A stretch of DNA of 64,000 bases from Eledone cirrhosa (GCA_964016885.1 OZ024746.1:83080001-83144000), one strand, 5' to 3'; counted from the stretch's first letter, positions 14,481 through 29,528 are shown. Notes: generated by a model not told the origin, from the letters alone. Numbers and translations: made by a program.

Positions 14481-14924
14481 CCCTTACATGGAGAGTAAAT
14501 AACACTCTAGAACAACAGAATATCACTTACTTAATATTAGTAATAATTTATATTAATTTATATTAAAAGACAGCTTATCTAATATAACTCCAGAAATTGT
14601 TCGTGGGACTCACATTGGATTATACTATCTTGAGTAGTAGTTACCTGACAACTCTTATTTCTAATATCTTCATAATCTGGCAATGATGGAAGCAAACTCT
14701 CCACCACCACATTCTACGAGACATAGTTTCAGTTAACGAAAGCTTGGAGAGGAATTAAGAGCCGCTACTACAAGGACAGTGACTCGAATACATCCAAAGA
14801 TGCAGTATTCAGCTATGCAACATCGGTAACAATAAAAGCAATATTTGTTTATTTGGTGAATGTCGCAATATAAATGTGAGATCATCTACTCCGGTATCCA
14901 TGGTCTCCGGGCTGGCATTTTCAT

Positions 14925-15107
14925 ATAATTGTTTCTACTTTTGGTACAAGGCCACCAAATTACCCAGTGCATTACTGGTACTTTATTTTATCGACCCCGT
15001 AAGGATGAAAGGCAAAGTTAACCTCGACGGGATTTGAACTCAGACCGTAATGGGATGTAACTATGCTAGAAAGCATGGCGGCCAACGCTCTACCGATACT
15101 GCCAATT
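14925..15107 (-). mobile_element. SINE S1
   Basis: High identity to 2331-2510 and 41189-41372. Confidence 0.85.
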
Positions 15108-15201
15108 CATCTCGTATAATACGAGATAACATGCAGTATGTGTTTCGCCACCGAGGATGAAGGACGTATGAAAGAGGTCGTAGAAAATGATATTGTGAAT
15201 A

Positions 15202-15304
15202 CACTGTTTAAACCGATAGGCTACATCTGTTTATATCTAGATATGTCAATCAACTGTTTAAACCAATAGATTACATCTGTTTATATCTAGATATGTCAAT
15301 CAAT
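15202..15304. repeat. Tandem duplication of about 51 bp
   Basis: ACTGTTTAAACC..TACATCTGTTTATATCTAGATATGTCAATCA x2. Confidence 0.85.
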
Positions 15305-15949
15305 TGCACCACCACTCATCCCCCAGTCTTATTCTTTACTTATCGACGCCGGAATACTCAACCACTTACACGTTAATTCAGGAGTTGGAAGTGCTGTTGA
15401 TTGAACAAATGAAAGATCATCGTCGAAACGTAATTCTACCAAACTCCTTTCCAAATAGATCGATATTTGCCTTATTCACCACCAAATCAGTTCCACAAGA
15501 CATTCAACTTATTCCTCTATCGAAACTCTCTCAAAAATGAGCATCTTTCGTATTAAACATATTTCTCTCTTTTCTGCTTCTTTTCCTTTTTTCCTGGGTT
15601 TCTTTTTTTCTTTCATTTCGTTTTTCTCTTTCTCCCTTTCCTTTTTCTTTTCCTTCTTTTCTTATTTCTTTCTTTCCTTCTTACGTTATTTTTTCTTTCT
15701 TACTTTCGGGTATTCCTCCATTTGTTTTTCTCTTTCCTTTCTTCCGTCATCTCTATTCCTTTTCTTTTCTTTCCTTCCCTATTCCTTCGTTTCTTTCTTT
15801 CTTTTCATCGTTATTTTCTCTCTCCCTTTATTTCCAATTATTTCCATCTTTTGTCTTTTTTAGTCTTTTCTTTCTTTTTTTTCTTCATCTGATTTATTAT
15901 TCTTTTATTTGTTTCCTTCAGCATTTCACATCTCTAAACCCTCCCTCAA

Positions 15950-17525
15950 ATACACTTACACATATATACATACATAGATACACACATACATACATACATA
16001 CACATACACACACATACATACATATACGCATACATACACACACACACATACATACACACATACGTACATACATACACACACACATACATACATACATATA
16101 TACATCCATACACATACACACACATACATACGTATACGCATACATACGCACACACATACATACACACATACGTACATGCATACACACACACACACACACA
16201 TACATACATACATATATACATACATACACATACACACACATACATGCGTATACGCATACATACACACACACACATACATACACACATACGTACATACATA
16301 CACACACACATACATACATACATATATACATCCATACACATACACACACATACATACGTATACGCATACATACGCACACACATACATACACACATACGTA
16401 CATGCATACACACACACACATACATACATACATATATACATACATACACATACACACACATACATACGTATACGCATACATACACACACACACACATACA
16501 TACACACATACGTACATACATACACACACGCATACATACATACATATATACATCCATACACATACACACACATACATACGTATACGCATACATACACACA
16601 CCCATACATACACACATACGTACATACATACACACACACACACATACATACATATATACATCCATACACATACACACACATACATACGTATACGCATACA
16701 TACACACACCCATACATACACACATACGTACATACATACACACACACACATACATACATACATATATACATACATACACATACACACACATACATACGTA
16801 TACGCATACATACACACACACACATACATACACACATACGTACACACACACACACACACACATACATACATACATATATACATACATACACATACACACA
16901 CATACATACGTATACGCATACATACGCACACACATACATACATACACACATACGTACATGCATACACACACACACATACATACATACATATATACATACA
17001 TACACATACACACACATACATACGTATACGCATTCATTAACACACACACATACATACACACATACGTACATACATACACACACACATACATACATATATA
17101 CATACATACACATACACACACATACATACGTATACGCATACATACACACACCCATACATACACACATACGTACATACACACACATACACACATACGTACA
17201 TACATACAAACACACATACATACATACATATATACATCCATACACATACACACACATACATACATATACGCATTCATACACACACACATACATACATATA
17301 TACATACATACACACACATATACATAGATACATACATACATATATACATACACATACACACACATACATACGTATACGCATATATACACACACACACATA
17401 CATACACACATACGTACATACATACACACACACATACATACATACATACATACATACATACACACACACATACATACATACACGCATACACATACATACA
17501 CACACTCACACACACACTCACACAA
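15950..17525. repeat. Higher-order minisatellite (about 75-bp unit) built from CA/CATA microsatellites
   Basis: Landmarks CGTATACGCATAC and CACATACGTACAT recur with roughly 72-80 bp spacing. Confidence 0.85.
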
Positions 17526-18392
17526 ACTAACGCATAAAGCGACAGACACACGTTTCACACTTATTGTATGTGCAAACCTTCTCCAATATTAGTCTATTTG
17601 ACAACTCCTAAATACTCGCCTCTCTGTCCCACTATATCTCTATCTCTTTCACAAATGTTTTCCCTTTGTCGTTCATCATTTTAACGCTCGTAGTGAGCCT
17701 TACATTCTTTTCTCTCCCCCTCTGCCTCTTCTCCTCTCACTCACTCACACACACTCTCTCCTCTCTCTTTTTGCTCCCCCTCTCTCTTTTTGCTCCCCCC
17801 TCTCTCTTTCGCCCCTTTTCCCACTTACTCGCTCTCTCTCTTACTCTCTCTCCTTCTCTCTTTCTTTCTCCTCCCCTACTCCTTTCTCTCTCTCTCTCCT
17901 GCTCTTCCCCCCCTCTCTCTCTCTCACTCTCTTTCCCTTCTCTGTCCTTTCCTTCATAGACACTCATTACTTTTCGTTTACAAACCTATTCCCATAATCG
18001 AACTATCCTTTCCTAAAGTTTCTTGCACTTAATTTATTAATTGTCACGATTTCTAAGCTTCTAACTATTCAAAAGGCCATCTACAGCGCCTCCTATCAAC
18101 CAGTTACAATATCATTTGTACAGCAGTTTGAACAACTCCATCTGAGGCAATGGTAAATAAAACAGAAACAACACTTTCATAATTTAGTTTACTTCTTATA
18201 AAAAGAAGGCACACATAATTATTACTATAGAATATTTAACAATAGACAACATTCATTCGATGGTCACTACTTGAGAACATTGTGCCATATCGATATATAT
18301 TGGCAATATTGGCAACATGGCCATCCTCGTATATAACAATATATATATGTGTGTGTGTGGTGAGAGGGAGAGAGTGGGAGAGAGAGGGGGCG

Positions 18393-18536
18393 GAAGTCAG
18401 GACCCGATGACTGAGCTTTTGCTGTCGAAACGTTAAGAGCTCAGTCATCGAGCTCTGACTTTCTACAATATTTACTATCCCAAGTATCAAGTATCCTGTT
18501 GAATATGGCTTTACTAGTTTAAACCGGTAAAATCCT

Positions 18537-18539
<3 letters not shown>
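18393..18539 (+). mobile_element. Fold-back mini-element, family B2
   Basis: Inverted repeat GAAGTCAGGACCCGATGACTGAGCT / AGCTCAGTCATCGAGCTCTGACTTTC with GAAAC; the tail is the reverse complement of 43784-43840. Confidence 0.6.
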
Positions 18540-18625
<86 letters not shown>

Positions 18626-18739
18626 ATATGAAATTTGAAATGTGTGCACCGCAATGCAGATGACTATATAGTCGAGCACAAAACATAAGAATTGAGGAAA
18701 TTATTTTTATATATATATATGTGTGTGTGTCTGTGTGTG

Positions 18740-18783
<44 letters not shown>

Positions 18784-18810
18784 TGTGTGTGTCTATGTGT
18801 GTGTGTGTGT

Positions 18811-18992
18811 ATCCCGGGTTCAATCGGGGGTAACCACAGTAAGTAAGGTACTCAATACATAGCAGAGTATAGATTTTTAATATAGAAATGGCTTTTACAG
18901 GATCAAAACTGTTTCATTCGAAAGAAATCATCAGAGGGCTTTCCTGATAATCTCCTTCGAATGAAACAGTTCTAGTCCTGTAGAAGCCATTT
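18811..18992. mobile_element. Microsatellite-embedded fold-back mini-element, family A
   Basis: Shared tail CCCGGGTT..TAACCACAGTAAGTAAGGTACTCAA and about 50-bp inverted arms, each with a hammerhead core (plus-strand copy mutated to CTGATAA). Confidence 0.8.
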
Positions 18993-19266
18993 ATATATAT
19001 ATATATATAACATATATGCAAATATACATATATATATATATAGTGAGTAGGCAAAAGAGAAGGATAACATTTATTTGTCTAATGCAGAGAGTAATGAGAC
19101 ATCTTTTACTTGTGTCAATAATGGTATTTCTAAGGAAACGCTAGAGATGACGCAGGACATCAGATGGAGTGAGGGATGGTGGGACCACTGTCACACTCCT
19201 ACACCCCTTTTGCAGAGTGTGATTTAGAGGATTATAGAAGGAACTTTGCAAACAGCCCTATTTCTG

Positions 19267-19346
<80 letters not shown>

Positions 19347-19494
19347 CATGTGTGTATATACGTATATGAGCATGAGGATGCATATATGTTACGATTGTTT
19401 ATACTTTGTACAAATAAATGTATGGTAGATTGTGCATATACATATATGCATGAATTTGTAAATATATATCCATATATATATACATACATACTTG

Positions 19495-19525
<31 letters not shown>

Positions 19526-19528
19526 GTG

Positions 19529-19622
<94 letters not shown>

Positions 19623-19719
19623 TATACTCATCTTTTCCATTTCTTAGAGGATTCTAAACCCCTCAATCAGGCTAAAATTTCTTTAGTAAAAAAAATATAC
19701 GGCGAAAGCTTCTATTTTC

Positions 19720-19806
<87 letters not shown>

Positions 19807-19807
<1 letters not shown>

Positions 19808-19916
19808 GTAGGTCCCGGGTTGAGTCGGGGATAACCACAGTAAGTAAGGTACTCAACAGCTTCCTGAAGATTTCATCTGAATGAAACAGTACTAGTCCTG
19901 TAGAAGCTCCTTCTAT
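19807..19916. mobile_element. Family A mini-element in (TA)n
   Basis: Same tail as 18811, 23441 and 47472, joined to an inverted hammerhead segment. Confidence 0.8.
19858..19908 (+). ncRNA. Type I hammerhead ribozyme
   Basis: agcuuc CUGAAGA uuucaucugaau GAAA cag-uACUAGUc-cug UA gaagcu; 6-bp stem I, palindromic loop III, predicted cleavage after 19902; stem II closes with a U-U mismatch. Confidence 0.8.
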
Positions 19917-19919
19917 AAA

Positions 19920-19959
<40 letters not shown>

Positions 19960-20334
19960 AGGAGGTTTTTTACCATTTAATAAATTGTTCTATTTCTGTT
20001 ATTCGATCAGATCACTTTCAATCAATATTCGCTCACTAATTCCGCCTGAAAGAATGGTGGTACCCTACACTGGTCCCTACCTGCTAGAATTAGGAAACAA
20101 TTTTCACCTGAAATCACATCATACTGTTTTAAAAGGGATCTAGTCATTGGACTTTGTATGCATAAATATAGAAAACGAAATTACGGACCCCAGCTAACTG
20201 ACCCATTGAATAATGTACTCTTAGATGTTCAAAAGGGCGGGTTGGTCATGTCTGGAACCCCTTTTATCATCGGTGTACTTGATCAGGAAACAAACAACAA
20301 TAATAACAGCGTTGCCACCTTCCACTGACGTTCC

Positions 20335-21836
20335 CTACTACCACCATCACCACCACCACCACCACCACGACCACTAACACTACTACCACCGCCACCACTA
20401 CCACCACCATCTCCGCTGCCTCCACCACTACAATTACCACCACCACTACCACCACCACTATCACTACCACAACCATCACTACTACCACCACCACCACTTC
20501 CACTACCACTACCACCATCACAATCAATATCGCCACCACCACCACCACCACGACCACAACCACCACCACCACTATCACTACCACAACCATCACTACTACC
20601 ACCACCACCACTTCCACTACCACTACCACCATCACAATCACTATCGCCACCACCACCACCACCACCACGACCACAACCACCACCACCACTATCACTACCA
20701 CAACCATCACTACTACCACCACCACCACTTCCACTACCACTACCACCATCACAATCACTATCGCCACCACCACCACCACCACGACCACAACCACCACCAC
20801 CACTATCACTACCACAACCATCACTACTACCACCACCACCACTTCCACTACCACTACCACCATCACAATCACTATCACCACAACCACCACCACGACCACA
20901 ACCACCACCACCACCACCACTACCACAACCATCACTACTACCACCACCACCACTTCCACTACCACTACCACCATCACAATCACTATCGCCACCACCACCA
21001 CCATCACCACCACAACCATCACCGCCACCACCACTACCACCATCTACATCGCTGCTACTACCACCACCACATTCTAACCATCACTACCACCATCTCCATC
21101 GCCGCTACTACCACCAACACCACCACAATCACCACCACTACCACCACCACCATCACCACTACCACTTCCACTACCACCACCACTACCACCATCTCCATCG
21201 CCGCTAATACCACCAACACCACCACAATCACCACCACTACCACCACCATCACCACCACTACCACCACCATCACCACCACCACTTCCACTACCACTACCAC
21301 TACCACCATCTCCGCGGCCGTCACCACTACCACCACCACCACCACCACCACTACCACCATCACCACCACCACTTCCACTACCACCACCACTACCACCATC
21401 TCCGCGGCCGTCACCACTACCACCACCACCACCACCACCACTACCACCATCACCACCACCACTTCCACTACCACCACCACTACCACCATCTCCGCGGCCC
21501 TCACCACTACCACCACCACTACCACCATCTCCGCGGCCGTCACCACTACCACCATCACCACCACCACCACCACTACCACCATCACCACCACCACTTCCAC
21601 TACCACCACCACTACCACCATCTCCGCGGCCCTCACCACTACCACCACCACTACCACCATCTCCGCGGCCGTCACCACTACCACCATCACCACCACCACC
21701 ACCACTACCACCATCACCACCACCACTTCCACTACCACCACCACTACCACCATCTCCGCGGCCCTCACCACTACCACCACCACTACCACCATCTCCGCGG
21801 CCCTCACCACTACAAACACCACCACCATCACCACCA
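20335..21836. repeat. (ACC)n-derived higher-order tandem repeat
   Basis: About 117-120 bp units in the first half and CATCTCCGCGGCC-marked units in the second half. Confidence 0.9.
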
Positions 21837-22050
21837 GCATTCAAACAATTAGAAACATTATTGCGACTGTGACCAAACTAACACCATTCACACGCTCAAC
21901 AACACTATTGCACACCCCACCATCGCCATAATCGTCATTATCATAATACCACTAAACATCACACGTAGCATAAGTGGCGCCATTATCACCACACAAGACA
22001 CTAATACACAGTTAAACACCATTCCCACCAACACCACCAACTACACTTAT

Positions 22051-22099
<49 letters not shown>

Positions 22100-22120
22100 G
22101 CACACACACACACACGCACG

Positions 22121-22175
<55 letters not shown>

Positions 22176-22422
22176 ACGCACGCATACATCTTCCACTATC
22201 TTCCACTTGATCTTGATCCGATCGCTGTTGTAGAATTAATTAATGGATTGGTCATTTGATAGATTAGGATCGACATCAAAATTGTGTTCTATCAATATCT
22301 CTCTCCATCTATCTCTCCATCTATCCATCCATCCATACATACGTACATACATACATACGTACGTACGTATGTACATACATACATCCAAACATACATATAT
22401 ACATACACTCGTACGTACGTAC

Positions 22423-22655
22423 ATGGTGGCTGCCAACTCGTTTTCGAGTACGGCCACTACTTTATATCCATGTATTAGAACCCCTACTGATGCGCTGAAT
22501 GAGTGTGACTTTTTAGTCCAGCCAACGACTTGAACACTCTGGTACAAACACTACACTTGTGACAATGATTGACACATAGTGCTGGGCCCATGGTACCATG
22601 TGACGACAAGTGCAGAGAGATCTCCAGATATAAAGCAATGCCTGTGCCGTGAAGC
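22423..22655 (-). mobile_element. 5'-truncated RTE-like 3' end within (TACA/TACG)n
   Basis: High identity to 6367-6598; encodes the same C2H2 finger. Confidence 0.75.
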
Positions 22656-22999
22656 GGTATTCATACATACGTACGTACATACATACATACATACGTACGT
22701 ACGTACATACATACATTCATACGTACGTACGTACGTACGTACATACATACGTACAGCATTACATCCAACAATCCATCCATACATACGTACATACGTACAT
22801 ACATACATACGTACGTACGTACATACATACATACATACATACATACTTCTATACATACTTTTATTCATCCATGTATACATCCATACATACATCCATACAT
22901 CCATCCATTAATTCATCCATTAATCCATCCATACATACATACATAAATACATACATAAATACATACATACATACATACATACATACATACATACATACA

Positions 23000-23033
<34 letters not shown>

Positions 23034-23365
23034 CACACATACATAACACCATGATACGTCTATAATGCTGGACCAAATAGACCATTATTTGCCCCTCTGT
23101 CCAACACGGAACCCATCTCACCTTTGTTGAAGACGTTTGGTGAGGATTATTTCGGAGATTTTTTCTGTGTACAGAAGAAAGAGTAGGGCGTCATATATAG
23201 ACACTGGTGACAGATTGTAATGGATGATCATGCTTGGCTTGCTGCTGCCTGTCTTCCTATCGTCTGTATAGTCAACTAGCATAACACGCATGCGTGAAAA
23301 GCGTTAGCATGCGCACATAGAGATAATGCATACGATAGACATGCTTCTCTCTCTCTCTCTATATA

Positions 23366-23752
<387 letters not shown>

Positions 23753-23856
23753 TGAATGGTGGTGGTGGAATTAGCGTGTGAATACTGGTTGAAAGTGATC
23801 GAACTATAGAAATAGAACAATTGATTAATATGTGCAAGCTTTTCAAATTTTAATTA

Positions 23857-23981
23857 CCGTATTTCCCGGCGCCCAAAATTTGAAATAAAATAATAAACAA
23901 CCTTCGGCCTCCAGGTCGCATGGTAGATTCTTGAGACTTATTTTAGGGAAAAAGTAGCGTCTTCGACGTCGGGAAATACAA
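23857..23981. mobile_element. pogo/Tigger-like MITE
   Basis: TA|CCGTATTTCCCGGC ... GTCGGGAAATACAA|TA imperfect TIRs. Confidence 0.55.
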
Positions 23982-24409
23982 TAGTCTATTTATTTAATCA
24001 ATTTAAATGTCCGTATAGAGCTAGTAAGCTATGACAGACCAGGGGCAATATCGAGTACTATTAACAATTGGTAATCAAAAAGAGCTAGTGAGACAAGTAA
24101 TAAAAATAAATAAATAAAAAATAAAAAAATAAAATTTCAAATATGGAAGGTCAATGGGAGGCAGATTATGTCATAAGAAAACGAAAAAGGAAAGGAAAAT
24201 AGGAAACAATGGAAGCTGTAAAACAGAAGTTTCTCTTGTTGAATATGTTCGTAGTTTCCATGTAATCAAAGGTTTTGTTTAATAATTGTATAGTCCAGTG
24301 GTTCTCAGAGACCCACATCACATTCCTCCCCTTGGAATCTCAGCTTTTCTCTCCATCTCCTTTTTCTTTCGATCTTCTTTTCTCTCCAATTGTGCATTAG
24401 TTTTGTTGT

Positions 24410-24543
24410 TCCCCCTTCTCTCTTGCTCTCCTTTTGTCGCTCTCCTTTTTTTACTCTCCTTCTGCTGCTCTCCCTTTCTCTTGCTCTCCTTCTGCTGCTC
24501 TCCCTTTATCTTGCTCTCCTTCTCTTGCTCTCCTTCTCTCTTG

Positions 24544-24639
<96 letters not shown>

Positions 24640-24795
24640 CCTTGCTCTCCTTTTGTTGCTCTCCTTCTCTCTTGCTCTCCTTTTTTGCTCTCCTTCTCTT
24701 GCTCTCCTTTTCTCTTGCTCTCCTTCTCTTGCTCTCCTTCTCTCTTGCTCTCCTTTTCTGACTCTCATTCTGTCGCTCTCCTCTTTCTCTCCTTC
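24410..24795. repeat. CT-rich minisatellite (TCTTGCTCTCCTT-type units) with internal (CT)n
   Basis: Direct reading. Confidence 0.9.
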
Positions 24796-24833
24796 AATAT
24801 TAAATCATTGCTGCAATTGAATGCCTATAAGTT

Positions 24834-25130
24834 AATCAGACGGCTGTAGTAAATATCAATGGAAAACAATCCCCCGAATTTAATATAACGAAAGGCATAT
24901 TATAAGGAGATATTTTAGCACCATATATATTTGTCATCATTATCGACCACATACTAAAAGCAGAAGCCCATCCCGAAGACGGCATTGAACTCACATCTGG
25001 TATCAAGTTATCAAACCTGGCATTCTCAGATGACATTGTTTTAATTACGCCTTCAATACAGAAAGCACAAGATCATTTTAAAAATCGCATAATATACGGA
25101 CACACTGTTGATTGGAACTAAGTGTCTGAG
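24834..25130 (+). pseudogene. LINE reverse transcriptase fragment (RTE/RTE-X-like)
   Basis: Manual translation: NQTAVVNINGKQSPEFNITKGIL*GDILAPYIFVIIIDHIL...LSNLAFSDDIVLI, i.e. QGD and (F/Y)xDD RT motifs with a stop codon. Confidence 0.85.
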
Positions 25131-25196
25131 TACATGTGTTAAAAACTGAGTACATGTGTTTAAATATTGATAACGATAATGGAATATTTGCAAATA

Positions 25197-25235
<39 letters not shown>

Positions 25236-25237
<2 letters not shown>

Positions 25238-25419
25238 ACGAAGGAAATGTGGTAAGGAACCAGGTGGACCATAACGCACCAAAGTACTCAATACTTGGGG
25301 TAGTAGAGTGGGTAATAGGAACCAGTAAGACCCCGACGGCTGAGCTCAAGCCGTTTCGACGGCTAATTCTAGCCGTCGAAACGGCTTGAGCTCAGCTGTC
25401 GGGATCTTACTGGTTCCTA
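25236..25419 (-). mobile_element. (TA)n-embedded fold-back mini-element, family B
   Basis: 50-bp arms 25316-25365 / 25370-25419 containing the hammerhead 3' half GAAACGGC-uUGAGCUCA-GCCGUC; 80-bp tail. Confidence 0.85.
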
Positions 25420-25456
25420 TATATATAGTTATATATATATATATATATATATATAC

Positions 25457-25504
<48 letters not shown>

Positions 25505-25505
25505 A

Positions 25506-25541
<36 letters not shown>

Positions 25542-25650
25542 TGTATGTATGTATGTATGTATGTATGTATGTATGTATGTATGTATGTATGTATGTATAT
25601 ATGTATGTGTGTATGTATGTATGTATGTATGTATGTATGTATGTATGTAT

Positions 25651-25840
25651 GTCGGGTCACTCTTGAGTGCCACTGGTAACATGTAACCCAGTACAACCTG
25701 TCACGTGGTCGGGTCGTCGGCGACTAAAATGGCAACTCCACCAAGTTTACTTGGTGAGGAGGGTGATTTTGGACACCCTGCAGGTCAAAAAACAAAACCT
25801 GACAAAGGGCGGAAGAACTCATAAAAGTCAACGGTCATTC
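25651..25840 (+). mobile_element. RTE-like 5' UTR fragment after (TATG)n
   Basis: Matches 6029-6175. Confidence 0.6.
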
Positions 25841-25974
25841 AATAATGTGTAATGTGTAAATGTCTGTATGTAAAAGGTAAACGGATATAACAACACAAAC
25901 GGTACAGTATATGGAAGAAATATGTTAGTTTAACGTTTGAAGTAGCAGGAAGAGGGTCTTAACATCATCGGGTG

Positions 25975-26132
<158 letters not shown>

Positions 26133-26643
26133 GTGTGCGTGCGTTTGCGTATATGTGCATGTGTGTGTGTGTCCTTGTCGATGTTTGATTGATTCATAAC
26201 ATAGTAGTTCGATAAATATAGATAGAATAAGTAAAAACGATACGATTGCAGAAATCCTTTAGTGGCGGGGCCTCATGTAACGGCTATTTCTTATTTTTCG
26301 TTATGCGTCCTATATTCTATTATCCCACCCACCACCACCACCACACTACCTTTTACATTCATTCATTAATTAGTGTCATTTCCTGAATTACTTCCCCTGA
26401 TCACAGTTAACAAAGACACTTTCTTCTGTATAAACATTAAACAATAAGAAGGATTAACTCAGAAATACCACATCTGTATAGAAGAGATATTTCTCTTATG
26501 CTGCTTGCTGCTGTTATTGATGTTGTTGCTGCTGCTGTTGTTGCTGTTGCTGCTGCTTCTATCGCTGCTATTGCTGTGGCTGCTATTGTTGTTGCTGCTA
26601 TTGTAGCTATTGTTGGTAATGTTGTTGTTGCATGTGTGTTGTA

Positions 26644-26674
<31 letters not shown>

Positions 26675-26709
26675 ATGTATATATGTATGTTTGTATGTAT
26701 GTATGTATG

Positions 26710-26740
<31 letters not shown>

Positions 26741-26969
26741 TCTATGCATATATGCACGTATGTATATATGTATGAATGTATGCATGTGTCTACATATGTA
26801 TATATATGTATGAGTGTATGCATGTATGCATGTGTTTACGTATATGTGTGTACATGTATGTATTGTATGAATGTATGTGTGTATGCATGAGTGTATGTAT
26901 GTTTAGATGTATCTATGTTTAAATGTATGTATGTATGTATGTGTTGTTTTATTAGTGTTGTGAGTATGG

Positions 26970-27000
<31 letters not shown>

Positions 27001-27057
27001 GAGCGAGGGGGTGATGGAGAATGTGAGAGAGAGTGAGAGACAGAGGGAGAGGGGAGA

Positions 27058-27088
<31 letters not shown>

Positions 27089-27089
27089 G

Positions 27090-27128
<39 letters not shown>

Positions 27129-27448
27129 GGGGGAGAGAGAGAGAGAGATGGAATATAGATAGATAGCTGGGTGGAAGGATGGGAGAAAGATAAATAGATT
27201 GAGAAAAGCAGAAGAGTGAAAACTTAATTCACATTCTAAATTGCATTAGTCGGTGTGTGTGGGTGGGGTAGTGTGGGGGTGGCATGTGTATATATATGTG
27301 TGTGTGTATATGCGCACGTGTGTGTGCGCGCGTGTGTATGGCGTGCGTGTGTGTATGTGTGTGTGTGTTTGTTTGTGTGTGTGTGTTTATGTTTCTGTGT
27401 GTTTGCGCGCGAAATTTTGTGAACGATTGTGTGTGTATATATATGTAT

Positions 27449-27494
<46 letters not shown>

Positions 27495-27496
<2 letters not shown>

Positions 27497-27686
27497 ACGA
27501 AGGAAGTGTGGTAAGGAAAAAGATGGACCATAACGCACCAGAGTACTCAATACTTAGGGTAGTAGAGTGGGTAATAGGAAAATGTTTAACCCTGACGGCA
27601 GAGCTCAAGCTGTTTCGACGGCTATTTCTAGACAGAAATAGCCGTCGAAACGGCTTGAGCTCTGCCGTCGGGCTTAAATATTTTCA
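27495..27686 (-). mobile_element. Family B fold-back mini-element
   Basis: Same tail and hairpin as 25236. Confidence 0.85.
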
Positions 27687-27710
27687 TATATATATATATA
27701 TATATATATA

Positions 27711-28188
27711 CGGGATAGCAGGTTATCGTTATAGGCAGTCTACGTAGATGTAGTCCAGTCAAAGTACTCCGAGTAGTGGATAGTATTAACGTATGGCTCA
27801 GTTTGACTCAACAAGACGTTTCCATAGTGATGCTGCGAGTTCCCGGTGATTTCTATGTAGTTTACACTTGGCGTAATAATAATTGAAGAACGAAGAGTGA
27901 CATGGTTGGCTATACAATAAGGGCTTTATTCACATTGCTGACAATTGTTTCTTTGATCTGGCAGGTCTAGAGATCGCTACTCGCTTGATGTTGCGTCAAT
28001 CGATCTCCAATACTTTGTTTATAACCAGTCGTTTTCATCAGAGCGTGCTAAAGTATTGGAGATCGATTGACGCAAAATCAAGCGAGTAGCGATCTCTAGA
28101 CCTGCCAGATCAAAGAAACAATTGTCAGCAATGTGAATAAAGTCCTTATTGTATAGCAAACCATGTCACTCTTCTTTCTTGAATTATA
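27711..28188 (-). mobile_element. Fold-back mini-element, family D, in (TA)n
   Basis: 138-bp near-perfect arms 27879-28016 / 28050-28187; GAAACAATTGTC followed by AATAAA; 170-bp tail. Confidence 0.8.
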
Positions 28189-28199
28189 TATATATATAT

Positions 28200-28774
28200 A
28201 TTAATAAGGTAATGAATTCTTTTACAATGGAATTAGCTCGAAGGAGGAAAATACCCACTGAGCCGTGTATAAACTAATATGTATGTGATGAAACACAGAT
28301 ACCAACACATCTGTATATATATTGCAAAAGAAAAATTATACTACAGTTTGTCCATATCGATTTAAAATAATAAATCAACGAAGACGAACTGTATTGCCAA
28401 GAGGCTATGATGTTTAGACACATTTAAATTTCAAAATCAAACCTGTTCCGTAGATAAGTTTAAACTTTAAAATCCAAATATGTTTCGAGTTAAATAAGTG
28501 TAGGAATATTATGTCCTGCTCTCCTCAGTAAACATCCAGAGACAAATTGATATGCTTCACTTCTAAATAATTTAAAAGACTGCGTGACGCACATGGTTTT
28601 ACAGTATCTAGCTAGTCTCATAACCGTACTGCTAGAAATAACAGTCGTATATATGAGGCGGCTTACAGCTCAAACTAGGTGCAGTTAAATTAATAAGGTA
28701 AATTAATAAGGTAAATTTTTCTTTTGCAATATATATACAGATGTGTTGGTATCTGTGTTTCATCACATACATAT

Positions 28775-28783
<9 letters not shown>
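28200..28783. mobile_element. Fold-back element, family J, in (TA)n
   Basis: 70-bp perfect arms 28268-28337 / 28714-28783, about 375-bp spacer and a 70-bp tail. Confidence 0.7.
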
Positions 28784-28827
<44 letters not shown>

Positions 28828-28834
<7 letters not shown>

Positions 28835-29037
28835 GTGAGGTTTTTTTACAAAATGAAAAATAACCGAGGTGTCCTACACGAGTGAAAGTACAAAGAAAAA
28901 GAGATGAAATCGAAAATGCAACTGGAGTCTTATTTAAAAAAAATATATATATATTTATTTGGTTCCTTTACCGGTTTCGCAGTTCTTCTGCTTCTCAAAA
29001 GTAGAGTTGAGATGGAGGGTCTGTAGTTTTTCTCACA
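28828..29037 (-). mobile_element. Family C mini-element in (TA)n
   Basis: Near-identical to parts of 6620-6906; hammerhead variant at 28966-29001 (UUGAGAA core). Confidence 0.8.
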
Positions 29038-29060
29038 TATATATATATATATATATATAT

Positions 29061-29281
29061 TAATAAAAGATCGGAGGCTATATTCAGTTGATTCAGGTTT
29101 ATTTAAACTGCGTTATACATATTTCACTGAGGAATCTCAGTTTAGATAGCCCGAGCTCTTCGGACTGCAAAACCTAAAATAATAATTTGGAAAAATCCAA
29201 TAATTTCCCCAGAAAAAAGGATTTTCTTTTCATGACACGGGCGGCCGACCGAACGCGTGGTGTTGTTTCTTCGCCCTCCTG

Positions 29282-29283
<2 letters not shown>
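29061..29283 (-). mobile_element. (TA)n-embedded insert with degenerate hammerhead (29109-29169)
   Basis: Minus strand: ugcagu CCGAAGA ...acugag-auuc-cucagu GAAA UAUGUA UA acgca, then AAUAAA. Confidence 0.55.
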
Positions 29284-29343
<60 letters not shown>

Positions 29344-29488
29344 ATACACGCACTCACATATACACACGCATACACATATACTATGTATATCTGCTTGCTA
29401 TGAGGTACATATGCTGTCCTGGATCATTTGCGTGTATGTAGAGATGGATATGCTAGTGTACATAGAGTTGCGTGCTTACATGTATGCA

Positions 29489-29528
<40 letters not shown>

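Noticed and set aside
15918-17558. 370-530 aa ORFs on both strands
   Set aside because: Translations of CA/CATA repeats.
20267-21844. Long Gly-rich/Val-rich/Thr-rich ORFs
   Set aside because: Open in several frames because of an (ACC)n-derived repeat; no splice or codon evidence for a mucin or structural gene.
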